A DNA stretch of 64,000 bases from Eledone cirrhosa (taxonomy: Eukaryota): NCBI GenBank assembly GCA_964016885.1, contig OZ024742.1, forward strand, positions 12,152,001-12,216,000, read 5' to 3'. Positions within the stretch are counted from its first letter, which is position 1; every line of letters starts with the position of its first letter. The position numbers and the translations under genes are program-made. The notes beneath the pieces were generated by a model. That model saw nothing but the letters and a program-made list of their open reading frames with translations, did no database searches and was not told where the DNA came from. Shown here one piece after another: positions 38,983 through 51,560 of the stretch.

Positions 38983-40844
38983 TGTGTGTGTGTTTGTGTG
39001 TATACATATATTTGTATCTAAGCATGTATGTATGTATGCATGTATGTATATATGTATGTATATGTAAGTAGGTAGGTAGAAAGACAGTCTAAGCTGCTGC
39101 CACGCAGATTCCATGTACCACATGTCAAACACAACTCGTTTCTAAATTCCAAACTATAGCAGAAATCACATTTAAATGGTAAAACGCTGTAGAAGAGACT
39201 CTAAAAAATGAACTCAAGTGAAGCGAACTACTTCAACACACATAATTCTAGTTCTTTATGAGAATTGCCAAAATATAAAATGAATGGAACATATTTTTAA
39301 CTCTATAGACTTAAGACGGAAAAGTTTAAACGGAAATAGATTGCGAATTATGAAAATCATATTCAACCGAAAAAGATCAGAAAAAAAAATCCAGTTATTT
39401 TCAACGTTTTGAAATTCAAATGGAAAATCAAATTTGCAAAATATTATGGCTTTCTAACCTTAGTTGATTTTAAGATTTACGTTTGCTTAATGAAGGATAA
39501 AGAGTTTCAAATTTTATTCCCCTGTAATATATTATTGAATGTACAAGCATACAATTATATTTTATAGTTTCTACAAAAATTCTAGTTTCTAATAATATTT
39601 AAAGAGCCTTGAAAAAATAACAAGAATCAAAAAGAAAACTGAATATTAAAAAAAGAGAAAAACACACATTGACATATATCAATAAATGTGTAGAGTAATA
39701 TAGAAGTTTGAATCAATATATCTCTTTACCATACTTAGCCTTAAGAATAATTCCCGATTACACAAAAACAAATACCATATTATGTCAGATCTGATTTGCT
39801 TGAGTTTACGTTCATTACGAGAATTTATTTGGAAATCATTGTATATAAGAGAAGTTCTATAACTAACCTTGAACGGGTAAAAATTATTTAAAGCCGTATT
39901 CATTGATCTACATTTTAGTTTTTGTTTTTGTTAAAAGATTTTGTTTGGATGAAATTCTCAATTGATATTGGTGGGACTTGAAACACGTAACGACTGACGT
40001 TCGTATATTACAAGCTTGTAACTGGTATAAATATCCCCATGACTACATGACTAGCTAATAGAAATTGTAAAAACACACTATGGAGGGATGGTGAAAGAGA
40101 CGGCACTGTTTTTTTAAACTTTTATAATCCATTTAAATAAAGTTGAAATAAACATCAGCAACAATATTGAATTCGAATGATGTTTTAAAATTGCTGTTAA
40201 TAAATTTACGACAAGTTGAGTGACTAATAGTTTGTTATACCGAGCATTTTATGAAGAATAGTTATAAATCTTAATTCCCAACGGACAAATCACTAATTCT
40301 CTGCATTTCCGATGGTGAGTGTCTGTATAAATCGGGTGGAAGAAATAGCACAAATTAATTGTGTGCAAAGCAAAGATTTATGGGCAATTTCTCGTTGAAA
40401 TATGGCTTTCGTCGATATACATATACACATATTAATCAAATCAAATCAAGAAAGTTGTAATGGTGTCTATGCTGTTTGTCTCATAGTAAATAATAGCTCA
40501 TGTGACGATCATCAGTTTAATTAAATGACCAAAGTGTCGTGAACACCAGTGGCGTCACAGATGATATACTGTTAGTTCGACAATGGGTTGACACAACTGC
40601 TCCAATTAGCGAGAAAATATGAGTATGTAAATGTGGCATAAATGTGTATATATTTCAACCAATAGAAAAAGCAAAATGTTTCACCTTCCATGGAGTACGC
40701 CAATACTCATCTTTTTCCATTTCTCCGAGGATTCTTAACCCCACTATCAGGCTAAATAATTTCTTTAATTTCTTTAGTCAAAATACGGCGATAGCTAACA
40801 TTTCTAATAATTTCAAATTAACTCGCTGTTTCGAAAATATTCTT

Positions 40845-40918
<74 letters not shown>

Positions 40919-41131
40919 TATATTAATAAATGTAAACTATATTTATAAAACCATATTTATTTTATTATACATATTTCAAGAGCAGCCAAGGCAAATTATG
41001 GTGCGCTTTCATCAGATAAATATATTTATATTTATTAATATATTGTGTATTTCCATTTATTAATATATTGTGTATTTACTCCACTAAATTGTTGAGTGCT
41101 TTATATCAGTTATAAAAATGTTTAATTTGTT

Positions 41132-41201
<70 letters not shown>

Positions 41202-41619
41202 CATATGTATATATACATATCAGTTATATAAACTCATTGAATACTATCTAGGATGTGGAAAGAACTGAGACGGTAGATATAAGTATCTTATGTCGAATCA
41301 AGATAAACAAACAACAAACAGCATGTTATTAATTGAAGAAAACCTTTTCCGCAGACTAAAATAATTATCAAAAACAACCAATTTTAAAACCAACAATCCG
41401 CCATTTTCAGAATTTTTCTATTTAAATCTCTTCCGATTGTTTCTTTAACTACAGGACCACAGCTGTAACGTAAAAATGAATGATTCTACCCGTACATGGG
41501 CGTATTTAAGAATAAACAACATATATGTATATATATGTGTGTCTGTGTGTGTGTGTATAATATTAGTATATACATATATATATGTCCGTATATATATATC
41601 AATATATATATATATATAT

Positions 41620-41760
41620 ATAACGAAGGAAATGTGGTAAGGAAACAGATGGACCCTAACGCACCAAAGTACTCAATACTTAGGGTAGTAGAGTGGGTAA
41701 TACGAACAAGTATGACCCCGACGGCAGAGCTCAAGCTGTTTCGACGGCTACTTCATTCCA
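41620..41760 (-). mobile_element. Family I repeat (3' half-HHR plus downstream pLTR)
   Basis: Homologous to 42537-42730, 49825-50025, 50376-50510 and 11526-11612. Confidence 0.8.
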
Positions 41761-41769
41761 GAATTATAC

Positions 41770-41855
<86 letters not shown>

Positions 41856-42149
41856 GTATGTATTTATGTATATATGTACATTTCATTACAAACGAAATTA
41901 TGATACAGATATATATTTATATATATATATATATATATAGAATCGAAAACGAAAAATCAGTGATGCATCTGAACTAAATTTATTGTGTGTTACAATTGTT
42001 TCGCCGGCGGACAGCTCGAGACGCGATCATTGTGTGGATCTGTCTGATTCTGGACCCGCAGGTTCGACGGACACGTCTAATATATATACTGTATATATAT
42101 ATATGTATATATATATATGTGTGTATGTATATATATATATATATATAAA

Positions 42150-42478
42150 TATAAAGAAAAAAAGATGAAATCGAAAATGCAACTGGAGTCTTATTTTAAA
42201 AAAATTATATATATTTATTTGGTTCCTTTACATACACAAACATGCACTCTCCAGATGTGAGAAAAACCACAGACCCTCCATCTCAACTCTACTTTTGAAA
42301 AGCAGAAGAACTGCGAAACCGGTAAAGGAATCAAATAAATATAGATATATTTTTTAAAATAAGACTCCAGTTGCTTTTTCGATTTCATCTTTTTTTCTTT
42401 ATACTTTGACTCGTGTAGGACACCTCGGTTATTTTTCATTTTGTAAAAAAAAACCTCACTTTCTAATATATATATATA

Positions 42479-42539
<61 letters not shown>

Positions 42540-42953
42540 CGAAAGAAGTGTGGTAAGGAACCAGATGGACCATAACGCACCAGAGTACTAAATACTAGGG
42601 TAGTAGAGTGGGTAATAGGAAAATGTTTATCCCCGACGGCAGAGCTCAAGCCGTTTCGACGGCTATTTCTGGACTAAGAAATAGCCGTCGAAATGGCTTG
42701 AGCTCTGCCGTCGGGGTTAAACATTTTCATATATATATATATATGTGAGAAAAACCACAGACCCTCCATCTCAACTCTACTTTTGAAAGGCAGAAGAACT
42801 GCGAAACCGGTAAAGGAACCAAATAAATATATATAAATATTTTAAAATAAGACTCCAGTTGCATTTTCGATTTCATCTTGTTTTCTTCATACTTTCACTC
42901 GTGTAGGACTCCTCGGTTATTTTTCATTCTGTAAAAAAGAAAACAACCTCACG

Positions 42954-42960
<7 letters not shown>
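42150..42960 (+). mobile_element. Family J pLTR copies (inverted piece 42150-42228; direct copies 42257-42465 and 42745-42960) with decayed HHR, enclosing a family I foldback (42537-42730)
   Basis: ctt-ttgaaa(a/g)-gcag aagaa ctgc-GAAA-ccgg-TA-aag; (TA)n boundaries. Confidence 0.75.
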
Positions 42961-43012
<52 letters not shown>

Positions 43013-43267
43013 CAAGCAATGCCTGTGCATTGTTACATATCTGTCATAATGTTACGAGTATATTCGAGGTTGTGTTTATTCAGATGTGGACACATGTTGA
43101 AACAAGATAATCTGTTTTGGAGACTGCATATGATCAAGAGATAAGTGTAAAATATATATATATGTAAATATACATACACAAACATGCACACACACATAAG
43201 CACACACGCACGTAAACACACACACACACACGCATCATATATATATATATATATATAAATATATATA

Positions 43268-43683
43268 ACGGCGATGAATTTGTTTTGCGAGGTTTTTGAT
43301 ATGAAATCGTGTGTCGAAACAAATATTGTTATACTTGGGGAGGGTCATATTTGTGTAATATTGCCAGAATTAATAACAGATCACACTCACTGTTTGGTTG
43401 GTTTTCGCTTTTCGCTTCTGTGTCTTTTATATCGGTAATCTAATTTATTCGGTCCTCAATGTTACCATTGACTGACCAACGGTAAAAAATAATACAGATA
43501 CAATATAGACACAAACACATATATATAGTTTATCAAAGTTCTTTCGTTACACATCTGCAAATTAGATTACCGATATAAAAGACACAGAAGCGAAAAGCGA
43601 ATACCAACCAAACAGTGAGTGTGTTCTGTTATTAATTCTGGCAATATTATTACACAAATATGACCCTCCCCAAGTATAACAAT
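43268..43683. mobile_element. Foldback PLE terminus of the 58340-58900 family
   Basis: 43323-43443 is inverted relative to 43561-43683; matches 58605-58900. Confidence 0.8.
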
Positions 43684-43702
43684 ATATATATATATATTGA
43701 CA

Positions 43703-43758
<56 letters not shown>

Positions 43759-43976
43759 GTGTATGTATAATTATATATATCATTGAATGTGATTTACATA
43801 TAATCAGATATGTAACAACAAAAGGCAACCTGAGAAACGACGGTAAAGATGTAGAGCTGTTGTCGCTGAGTATAGATGTTATCGCTCAAGTATGAGGTTG
43901 GTAATGATCCATTTGTTGGCTTCTATTCCATTTTGTTATGTGTTCCATACATGCGCATACATTCATATATATATAT

Positions 43977-44046
<70 letters not shown>

Positions 44047-44157
44047 CAGTGTGTGTGTGTATTATAAGAACAGATTAAAGTTTAAGGAAAGGATTGCTGC
44101 TTTCACCCTTAACGGGACCTTTAGAAGATCCCGTTAAGCGTGAAAACAGTGATTCTC

Positions 44158-44321
44158 GGTGAGCGACAGACGCCATGCTTTGCAGCATAGAGTTATGACC
44201 CTTTGCTTTCTGAGTTCAAACCCCACCGAGGTTAGCTTTTCCTTTCATCCTTACGGAGTCGATAAAATAAAGTACCAGGAATACACTGGTATTTGCTGGC
44301 CTTGTGCCAAAAGAAGAAACA
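44158..44321 (+). mobile_element. SINE copy, preceded by a family D foldback fragment (44060-44156)
   Basis: B box and central domain. Confidence 0.8.
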
Positions 44322-44424
44322 ATTATTTATTACAACTATATATATGAGGATCCGAATAAGGTAAAACATTTGTTCCCGTTATGGTGAACTAACTATTGTG
44401 GAACTACTTCTATATATATATATA

Positions 44425-44577
44425 CGTTATTCCGGGTTGAATCGGAGATAACCACAGTAAGTAAGGTACTCAATACATTGCAGAGTATAAAAGTTTTAAT
44501 ATAGATGAATCATCAGGAATCTCATGATTCCTGATGATTTCTAAAGAATGAAACAGTTCTAGTCCTGTAGAATCTCA

Positions 44578-44585
<8 letters not shown>
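44425..44585 (+). ncRNA. Family C-related pLTR foldback with intact type I HHR at 44526-44574
   Basis: gattc-CTGATGA-tttctaaagaat-GAAA-cagttctagtcctg-TA-gaatc. Confidence 0.85.
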
Positions 44586-44633
<48 letters not shown>

Positions 44634-44645
44634 ATAATAATAAAA

Positions 44646-45980
44646 TTGAAGACTAAAATCCAAAGAGGGCTCGATAAGGAAAATATACCACTTCTCCTTA
44701 GAGCTATCAATTTCGCTAAAACACTCACAGTGGTTAAGGATTTTGAAGTTGATGTCATCCTTAATGCCCGAAAGTCGGTGATTAATTTCGACGACTCTAT
44801 TTGGATTAAAAAATCAAATAGTACCCCATTCGATGTGAGTATGGGCGCCAGTGACTCTGCGGAGGTTACTGATCTTATTGGCCTTTTCCTTCTTTTCTCT
44901 ATCAAGGACGAATTCCCCAACGCGGGCGGTGGTTTGTACCGTGACGATGGTCTTTTGACCATGACTAAGTGCGGACCTCGTGCTTGCGACAGATTCAGAA
45001 AAGAACTCACAGCCTTCTTTAAAGGCTTCAACCTCTCTATACAGGTTGAGGCCAATCTCTCGGTCGTTAATTACCTCGACGTTACCCTCAATTTACTGAA
45101 TGGGTTGTATTACCCGTATAGAAAGCCGAATGATACGCTTAATTACATAAGTAAGCATTCCAACCATCCTGCCAGCATAACCAAGAACCTGGTAAGAAAC
45201 GTTTCGTTGAGGCTTTCCCGTCTTTCCACCAACAAGCGCATTTTCAACGACCATTCCACTTATTACAATGAAGCTCTTGCGCGAAGTGGATTTGTCGATA
45301 AGGTAGCATATACAGAGTACGAAAATAGACCTAGAAGAAATAGATCCCGTCGCATTTGTTGGTTTAAAACACCATATAATATGGAGGTGGCCACACCATT
45401 AGCTAAGATCTTTCTTTCATTTATTACGAAGCATTTTCCCCCTACACATAAACATAGTAAAATTTTTAATAGAAATACTATTAAAATTTCTTACTCTACG
45501 ACTCCTAACCTTGCACATAACATCACAGCTTCAAATTTGGCTAAACTACCTAGCCGTAGGAACACGTGCAACCCTGTAGTTAGTACTAACTGTAATTGTA
45601 GGAATCGGGCTGATTGCCCCCTATCCGGGAAATGCCTCTCTAATAACATTGTCTACAAATGTAAGGTTGTAACACCCACGTCCCGTAGGGCCTACATAGG
45701 GTTAACCGCCAATAGTTTCAAGCAGCGTCTTTACATGCATACCCATTCTTTTCGTTACCCTCTGAGAAGGAATATGACGTCACTTTCAGCTTATATCTGG
45801 AGTCTAAAAGACAACCACACCCAATATAAGTTACACTGGCAGATCCTAGCTAGGGCTAGATCGTATAACGGAAATAAAAGACCATGTGACCTCTGCGCCG
45901 CTGAGGCCCTGGAAATACTCTCCGCCACAGACCACATCTTAAACAAAAAATTTGAGGCAATTTCGGCTTGTAAACATTAA
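44646..45980 (+). CDS. PLE reverse transcriptase C-half plus GIY-YIG endonuclease, stop-free; the first 13-14 codons come from the cap, not RT
   Basis: MGASDSAE, LYRDD, NYLDVTL, SNHP, CNC-x5-CPL-x3-C linker, VYKC..YIG, CDLC, LNK..CKH. Confidence 0.9.
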   Translation: MKTKIQRGLDKENIPLLLRAINFAKTLTVVKDFEVDVILNARKSVINFDDSIWIKKSNSTPFDVSMGASDSAEVTDLIGLFLLFSIKDEFPNAGGGLYRDDGLLTMTKCGPRACDRFRKELTAFFKGFNLSIQVEANLSVVNYLDVTLNLLNGLYYPYRKPNDTLNYISKHSNHPASITKNLVRNVSLRLSRLSTNKRIFNDHSTYYNEALARSGFVDKVAYTEYENRPRRNRSRRICWFKTPYNMEVATPLAKIFLSFITKHFPPTHKHSKIFNRNTIKISYSTTPNLAHNITASNLAKLPSRRNTCNPVVSTNCNCRNRADCPLSGKCLSNNIVYKCKVVTPTSRRAYIGLTANSFKQRLYMHTHSFRYPLRRNMTSLSAYIWSLKDNHTQYKLHWQILARARSYNGNKRPCDLCAAEALEILSATDHILNKKFEAISACKH

Positions 45981-46959
45981 TTGCACAAAACTTTCCTGTA
46001 TTACAGCCCCACGTTTTACCCTAACGGATAGCACGATCTATACGTGGATATTTTACGTCTTGATGTGGGAGCTAAGTATATGTTTTGTTTATTCCTTTAC
46101 TTATTTGCATAGGTAAGTATATATTACCCGTATATTTTGTGAAGGTATGTATACCTTCTCGTACGTATATTTGACTGTTATAGCGTATAATTTTTACATA
46201 TTCTGGTATTTAGGGTTTGGCTATGTGTATACGGGAATTTTGCGTCCGCGTGAGTGTGCAGGTTCGTACGTATGGTGGGTGTGTGTATATGTGTACTTCT
46301 TGTTTTAGTTGACTTACGTCTCCGAACATTCGTGTATTTATATGTAGGTATGCGTGTGCGCTTGTTATATACGTATTTATTTACTTATATACGTTTATAT
46401 AATTATTTATTTATTTGTACACAAGCATACACACACACACATATTTATATGTGCGTGGTTTTGTATACCCATGGTAAGGTTTTGCTTATGCTTGTGTATG
46501 TACGTATCTGTTTGCGTGTATGTATTTATTTGTTTCTATTACTTCTGTATTGTATTTATTTACTTTGTTCTTAACTCTGTAGCGGAGATTCATTTGGTCT
46601 CCTAGTTAGAATTTTAGTCTACGATTTCTGCTATACCATTTACGTGGTTTTGTCTTTGCGTGCTATTGTTCTCCACGCTCCACATATGACTTATTATCTT
46701 CGTTTTTTCGTTCATTGCCAGAGAACGTCTCTATGCACCACCTAAGAGAACATTAGTCTACGACCTCTTTTATACCATAATCGTGGTTTTGTCTTTGCGC
46801 GTAATTGTTTTTCACCGCTCCTATTAATGACGTATAATTCGTTTTTTCCCGTTCTTTGCCAGCGAATGTTTCCACGAACCAAAGTATCGTCTTCCTGTCT
46901 TCCTCCGGTTGCAACGTTTTTTGAAATATCCAGTTCTGCGTTTACAGATTGACTTTGTT

Positions 46960-47010
46960 AGTTTCAGAAGATCCCGTTAAGGGTGAAAGCAGCGATTCTT
47001 TGCTTAAACT
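46960..47010 (+). ncRNA. Type I hammerhead-like motif with variant core CAGAAGA (family D)
   Basis: agttt-CAGAAGA-t ccc gttaa ggg t-GAAA-gcag cgattct ttgc-TT-aaact; distal stem I acagattga/ttaatctgt. Confidence 0.75.
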
Positions 47011-47026
47011 TTAATCTGTTATTTTA

Positions 47027-47062
<36 letters not shown>

Positions 47063-47063
<1 letters not shown>

Positions 47064-47206
47064 TAATAATAATAAAATTGAAGACTAAAATCCAAAGAGG
47101 GCTCGATAAGGAAAATATATATCAAATATATGTTAGTTTCAGAAGATCCCGTTAAGGGTGAAAGCAGCGATTCTTTGCTTAAACTTTAATCTGTTATTTT
47201 AATAAA
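47063..47206 (+). mobile_element. Mini-copy of family D (cap plus HHR end)
   Basis: Cap 47063-47131 fused to gttagtttcagaaga..aataaa. Confidence 0.85.
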
Positions 47207-47231
47207 TATATATATAATATATATATATACA

Positions 47232-47287
<56 letters not shown>

Positions 47288-47348
47288 ATATATGTATATA
47301 TATATTCATAGTTAGTAAATGAAACAAAATTACATAGTTATATTATAT

Positions 47349-47423
<75 letters not shown>

Positions 47424-47824
47424 TATATGTATATGTGTGTGTGTGTGTGTGTGTGATATATATGATTTCGCTGTATGCATATGTTTAGTAAAAACTATTT
47501 CTGCGTATTTGACAATAACAGACAAAGACTGGATTCTCGTCTAATACCGTCCATTTCAAGGCCTTTTCAATGAGAGTCAGTGTTGAAATGGTAAGTAGTG
47601 ATCTATAATAGAGGCCTTAACACTTCAAAGGATTCCAGAAATGCTATTAGATTAGTGAGCTTTTAAGTGATGTTTTACTGCAGGAGTAAACTGTAAAAGA
47701 TAACTAAATTGAAGACGCGTGGACCAATGAAACATATAATGGATTCTGTAAGTCACTAAATGTTCCATTAGAGAAACTGTTGAGGCAGAATAGAAACACT
47801 GCTGTGATTCCTACTTCCTCTTCC

Positions 47825-48610
47825 ATACAGACATAGATAGACACACATAGACATACATAGACATATAGAGACATATATAGACATATAGACACACATAGAC
47901 ATACATAGATACACATAGATACACATAGATACACATAGATACACATAGACACACATAGACACACACATAGAGACACACATATGGATACACAGATAGATAC
48001 ACACAGACACACATATAGATACACACATAGACACACACATAGATACACACATAGACACACACAGACACACATAGACAAACACATAGACACACATAGACAA
48101 ACACAGACACACACATAGACACACACACGGACAAACACATAGACAAACATACAAACACACACCGACAAACACACACAAACACAGACAAACACAGAAACAC
48201 ACACAAACACACAGACAAACACACACACACAGAAACACAGAAACACAGACAAACACAAATACACACAGACAAACGCACACACACACAGACAAACATACAC
48301 ACACACACAGACAAACATACACACACACAGACAAACACAGAAACACACACACACACAAACACACAGACAAACATACACACACACAGACAAACACAGAAAC
48401 ACTCACACAAAATCACATACACACACAGACAACCATATAAACAACAAAAAAAAACACAGACAAACATAGAGACACACACAGACAAACACATTCTCCCTCT
48501 CATATATACGCACTCTCTCTATCTCATAAACACACACACTCACACACACACTCATATACACACACATGTACACATACACACAGACATTCGTATACATATG
48601 TACTCAGACA
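47825..48610. repeat. Degenerate CA-rich minisatellite (ACACATAG/ACAGACAA)
   Basis: Seen directly; explains the CV-rich ORFs. Confidence 0.95.
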
Positions 48611-48731
48611 CATATTTCAATTTACGACTCTTTTCCTCTCTTCTGTGGTATATGTTTGTGAATGTGAGTATATGTGTGTATGTGTCGTGTGTGTGTACAC
48701 ATACATAATTGCATATATATATATATATATA

Positions 48732-49268
48732 TAAAATAAAGTTAAATAAAAGTCAAATGATTAAAATTTAGCTTCGTTTATTACTGCTATATATATTTCA
48801 GTGACAGCCATCTTTGGCTGTGACCTCTTCAGGCAGTTTGAATTAGTATGGTATAGACAAGTACATATGTTGTTTAGGTGTATGATATTGTCAATACTCT
48901 GATATGCCCAGTTCCTTGCTGGGTTGTTAATTCACTGGGGAACTGGAGTCATATGACTCCAGTTCCCCAGTGAATTAACAACCCAGCAAGGAACTGGGCA
49001 TATCAGAGTATTGACAATATCATACACCTAAACAACATATGTACTTGTCTATACCATACTAATTCAAACTGCCTGAAGAGGTCACAGCCAAAGATGGCTG
49101 TCACTGAAATATATATAGCAGTAATAAACGAAGCTAAATTTTAATCATTTGACTTTTATTTAACTTTATTTTACACTACTCCGGAGTAACCAAACCAACC
49201 TGCGCACTTCGTCGAGTGCTCCAGCCTGCATACTGAGGTGTTGGTATACAACCAACATAAACTCAAAA

Positions 49269-49270
<2 letters not shown>
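48732..49270. mobile_element. Spacerless 442-bp palindrome (48732-49173) plus 3' extension; family E HHRs at 48783-48837 (-) and 49068-49122 (+)
   Basis: actgc-CTGAAGA-ggtcacagcca aaga tggctgtcact-GAAA-tatata-TA-gcagt then aataaa. Confidence 0.9.
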
Positions 49271-49321
<51 letters not shown>

Positions 49322-49330
<9 letters not shown>

Positions 49331-49706
49331 TAAAAGGAATTCCAACTTTGTCTGATTTACTCGTTTTATTTACAATCCTTCAAAATTTATAATGGTATTA
49401 TAATGAAATAGTATGGTAGAATATTAAATGTTAATTGAACAAGTACTTTCATGCTTTCGCAATCTTCAGGTTCATAATATGTGGTGACAGTCAAGTTTGC
49501 AATTTTCAACTGTTGAAAATTGCAAACTTGACTGTCACCACATATTATGAACCTGAAGATTGCGAAAGCATGAAAGTACTTGTTCAATTAACACTTAACA
49601 TTTAATATTCTACCATACTATTTCATTATAATACCATTATAAATTTTAAAGGATTGTAAATAAAACGAGTAAATCAGACAAAGTTGGAATTCCTTTTATT
49701 AATATA
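49322..49706. mobile_element. Palindrome centred at 49511; family F minimal HHRs at 49436-49474 (-) and 49548-49586 (+)
   Basis: tgaac-CTGAAGA-t tgc gaaa gca t-GAAA-gtac-TT-gttca. Confidence 0.9.
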
Positions 49707-49824
49707 ATCTTCTATACACAATCATACACACCCGTGTATATTTATATATATATATATATATATCCCACCCTTGCAAGCAGGGAAAAGCGGACGTAAAATG
49801 GTGATGATGATGATATATATATAT

Positions 49825-50025
49825 AGGAAAAAGTATGACACCGTCGGCAGAGCTCAAGCCGTTTCGATGACTATTTCTGGACTTGTGTCCAGAAATAGCC
49901 GTCGAAACTGCTTCAGCTCTGCCGTCGGGGTCATACTTTTTCCTATTACCCACTCTACTACCCTAAGTATTGAGTACTCTGGTGTGTTATGGTCCATCTG
50001 GTTCCTTACCACAATTCCTTTGTTA
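49825..50025 (+). mobile_element. Family I foldback, folded inside HHR stem II
   Basis: 49825-49883 is inverted relative to 49887-49945. Confidence 0.8.
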
Positions 50026-50229
50026 AATATATATATATATATATATATGCAAAGATATATATATACACGCGAACATACATATATGTGTATGTGTGTATGT
50101 ACGTGTGTGTATGCGTGTGTGTATGTGTGCGTGTATGTTTAAATGTTTTTTTTTTCAATTTGGTCTATTTCTGCATTACCATAAGTTTCATGGACATATA
50201 TAGTATTTGAGATATAACTCACACTATTA

Positions 50230-50281
<52 letters not shown>

Positions 50282-50300
50282 TTGTGTGTGTGTATGTATG

Positions 50301-50335
<35 letters not shown>

Positions 50336-50375
50336 ATGTGTTTGTATGTATGTATGTATCTATATATATATATTT

Positions 50376-50510
50376 AACGAAGGAGTTTTGGTAAGGAACC
50401 AGATCGACCTTAACGCACCAGAGTACTCAATACGTAGAGTGGGTAATAGGAAAATGTATGACCCCTGACGGCAGAGCTCAAGCCGTTTCGACGGCTATTT
50501 GTGGACTACA
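50376..50510 (-). mobile_element. Family I copy
   Basis: Homologous to 41620-41760. Confidence 0.8.
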
Positions 50511-50577
50511 TTTTCCTATATATATATAGGATGATGATGATATATATATGAAGATCTATATATATGTATGAAGATCT

Positions 50578-51560
50578 TACAGGCTTATGGAATCCCCAAC
50601 ACCAAAGCCCAAGTCTTACACCTGATGGGATGACAGAGTCCTTTGAGATACTGGCTGGAGTGCTCCAGGGAGATTCATTGGCTCCCCACCTTTTTATCAT
50701 CGTATTGTATGCGCCTTGCACTGGAGAAGCACCAGGACTCTGGCTTTACTGTAGCACCGGCTCAGAGCAGGAGAGTTAAGGCGAAAAAGGTATCAGATGC
50801 TGAATTTGCCGACGACATAGTTTTGGTGACAGATACAGTGAAGGAGGCAGAGGATTTGATGCAGGAGGCTGAGACTGTGTCGATGAGTGTGGGGCTGAGA
50901 ATGAATGAGACTAAAACAAAATATCTGGTAGAGAATGTTGAGAAGCCAGAGGGGATCACTAATGTAGGCGGGAAGCCGCTAGAATTGGTTGAGGACTTCC
51001 TGTATTTGGGAGCAAAGATTGGGAATACGGAAGATGATGTGGTTGAGAGGAAGAGCAAAGCCTGGGCGGCGTGCCACAGCTTGTGATCGGTGTGGAAGTC
51101 GGACGATCGTAAAGACCTGAAAACCCGCCTCTTCATTGCTGTAGTGGAGTCTGTGCTGTTGTACGGGTCTGAGACTTGGACACTGACCAAGAAACTCACT
51201 CAGATGGTGGATGAGTGCTACACAAGAATGCTGAGGATGGCTGTGAACATTAATCAGTATACACTGAGGATGAAAAACTCAGAGCTGTATGGGGGCCTCT
51301 CAAAAGTCAGCTCAAAAGTGACACAGAGGAGACTGAGGTTAGCTGGACATGCTCACCGACATCCAGAGTTGACATTGCACTCAGTGCTCCTGTGGGAGCC
51401 CCTACATGGATACACTGGAAGAGGAAGACCAAGGTTAACGTATGTTGATGCCCTAAGGACAGACACTGGTCTGTTGGAGACGCAGGACATGGCAGCGATA
51501 ATGAGGGACAGAGACCGCTGGAGAGAACTTGTCCATGGATCTCTGGAATTTTACCCGCCC
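50578..51560 (+). mobile_element. RTE-clade LINE, 5'-truncated and defective
   Basis: GVLQGDSLAP, EFADD, FLYLG, VLLYGSETW, RRLRLAGH, GRGRP, DRDRWR. Confidence 0.88.

Larger units (their letters stand above)
44631..47030 (+). mobile_element. Penelope-like element (Hydra-clade-like) in (TA)n: partial RT, GIY-YIG, 1-kb 3' UTR and HHR
   Basis: ORF listed next; 3' UTR has a duplication of about 140 bp; HHR at 46960-47010. Confidence 0.9.

Noticed and set aside
39679-40760. Possible minus-strand host exons (about 39730-39907 and 40685-40751) with AG/GT boundaries
   Set aside because: No recognisable protein and weak acceptors; needs RNA-seq.
44631-44687. 57-bp target-site duplication around the PLE
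   Set aside because: The same sequence recurs at 24439 and 53233 attached to other family pieces, so it is better read as part of the element.
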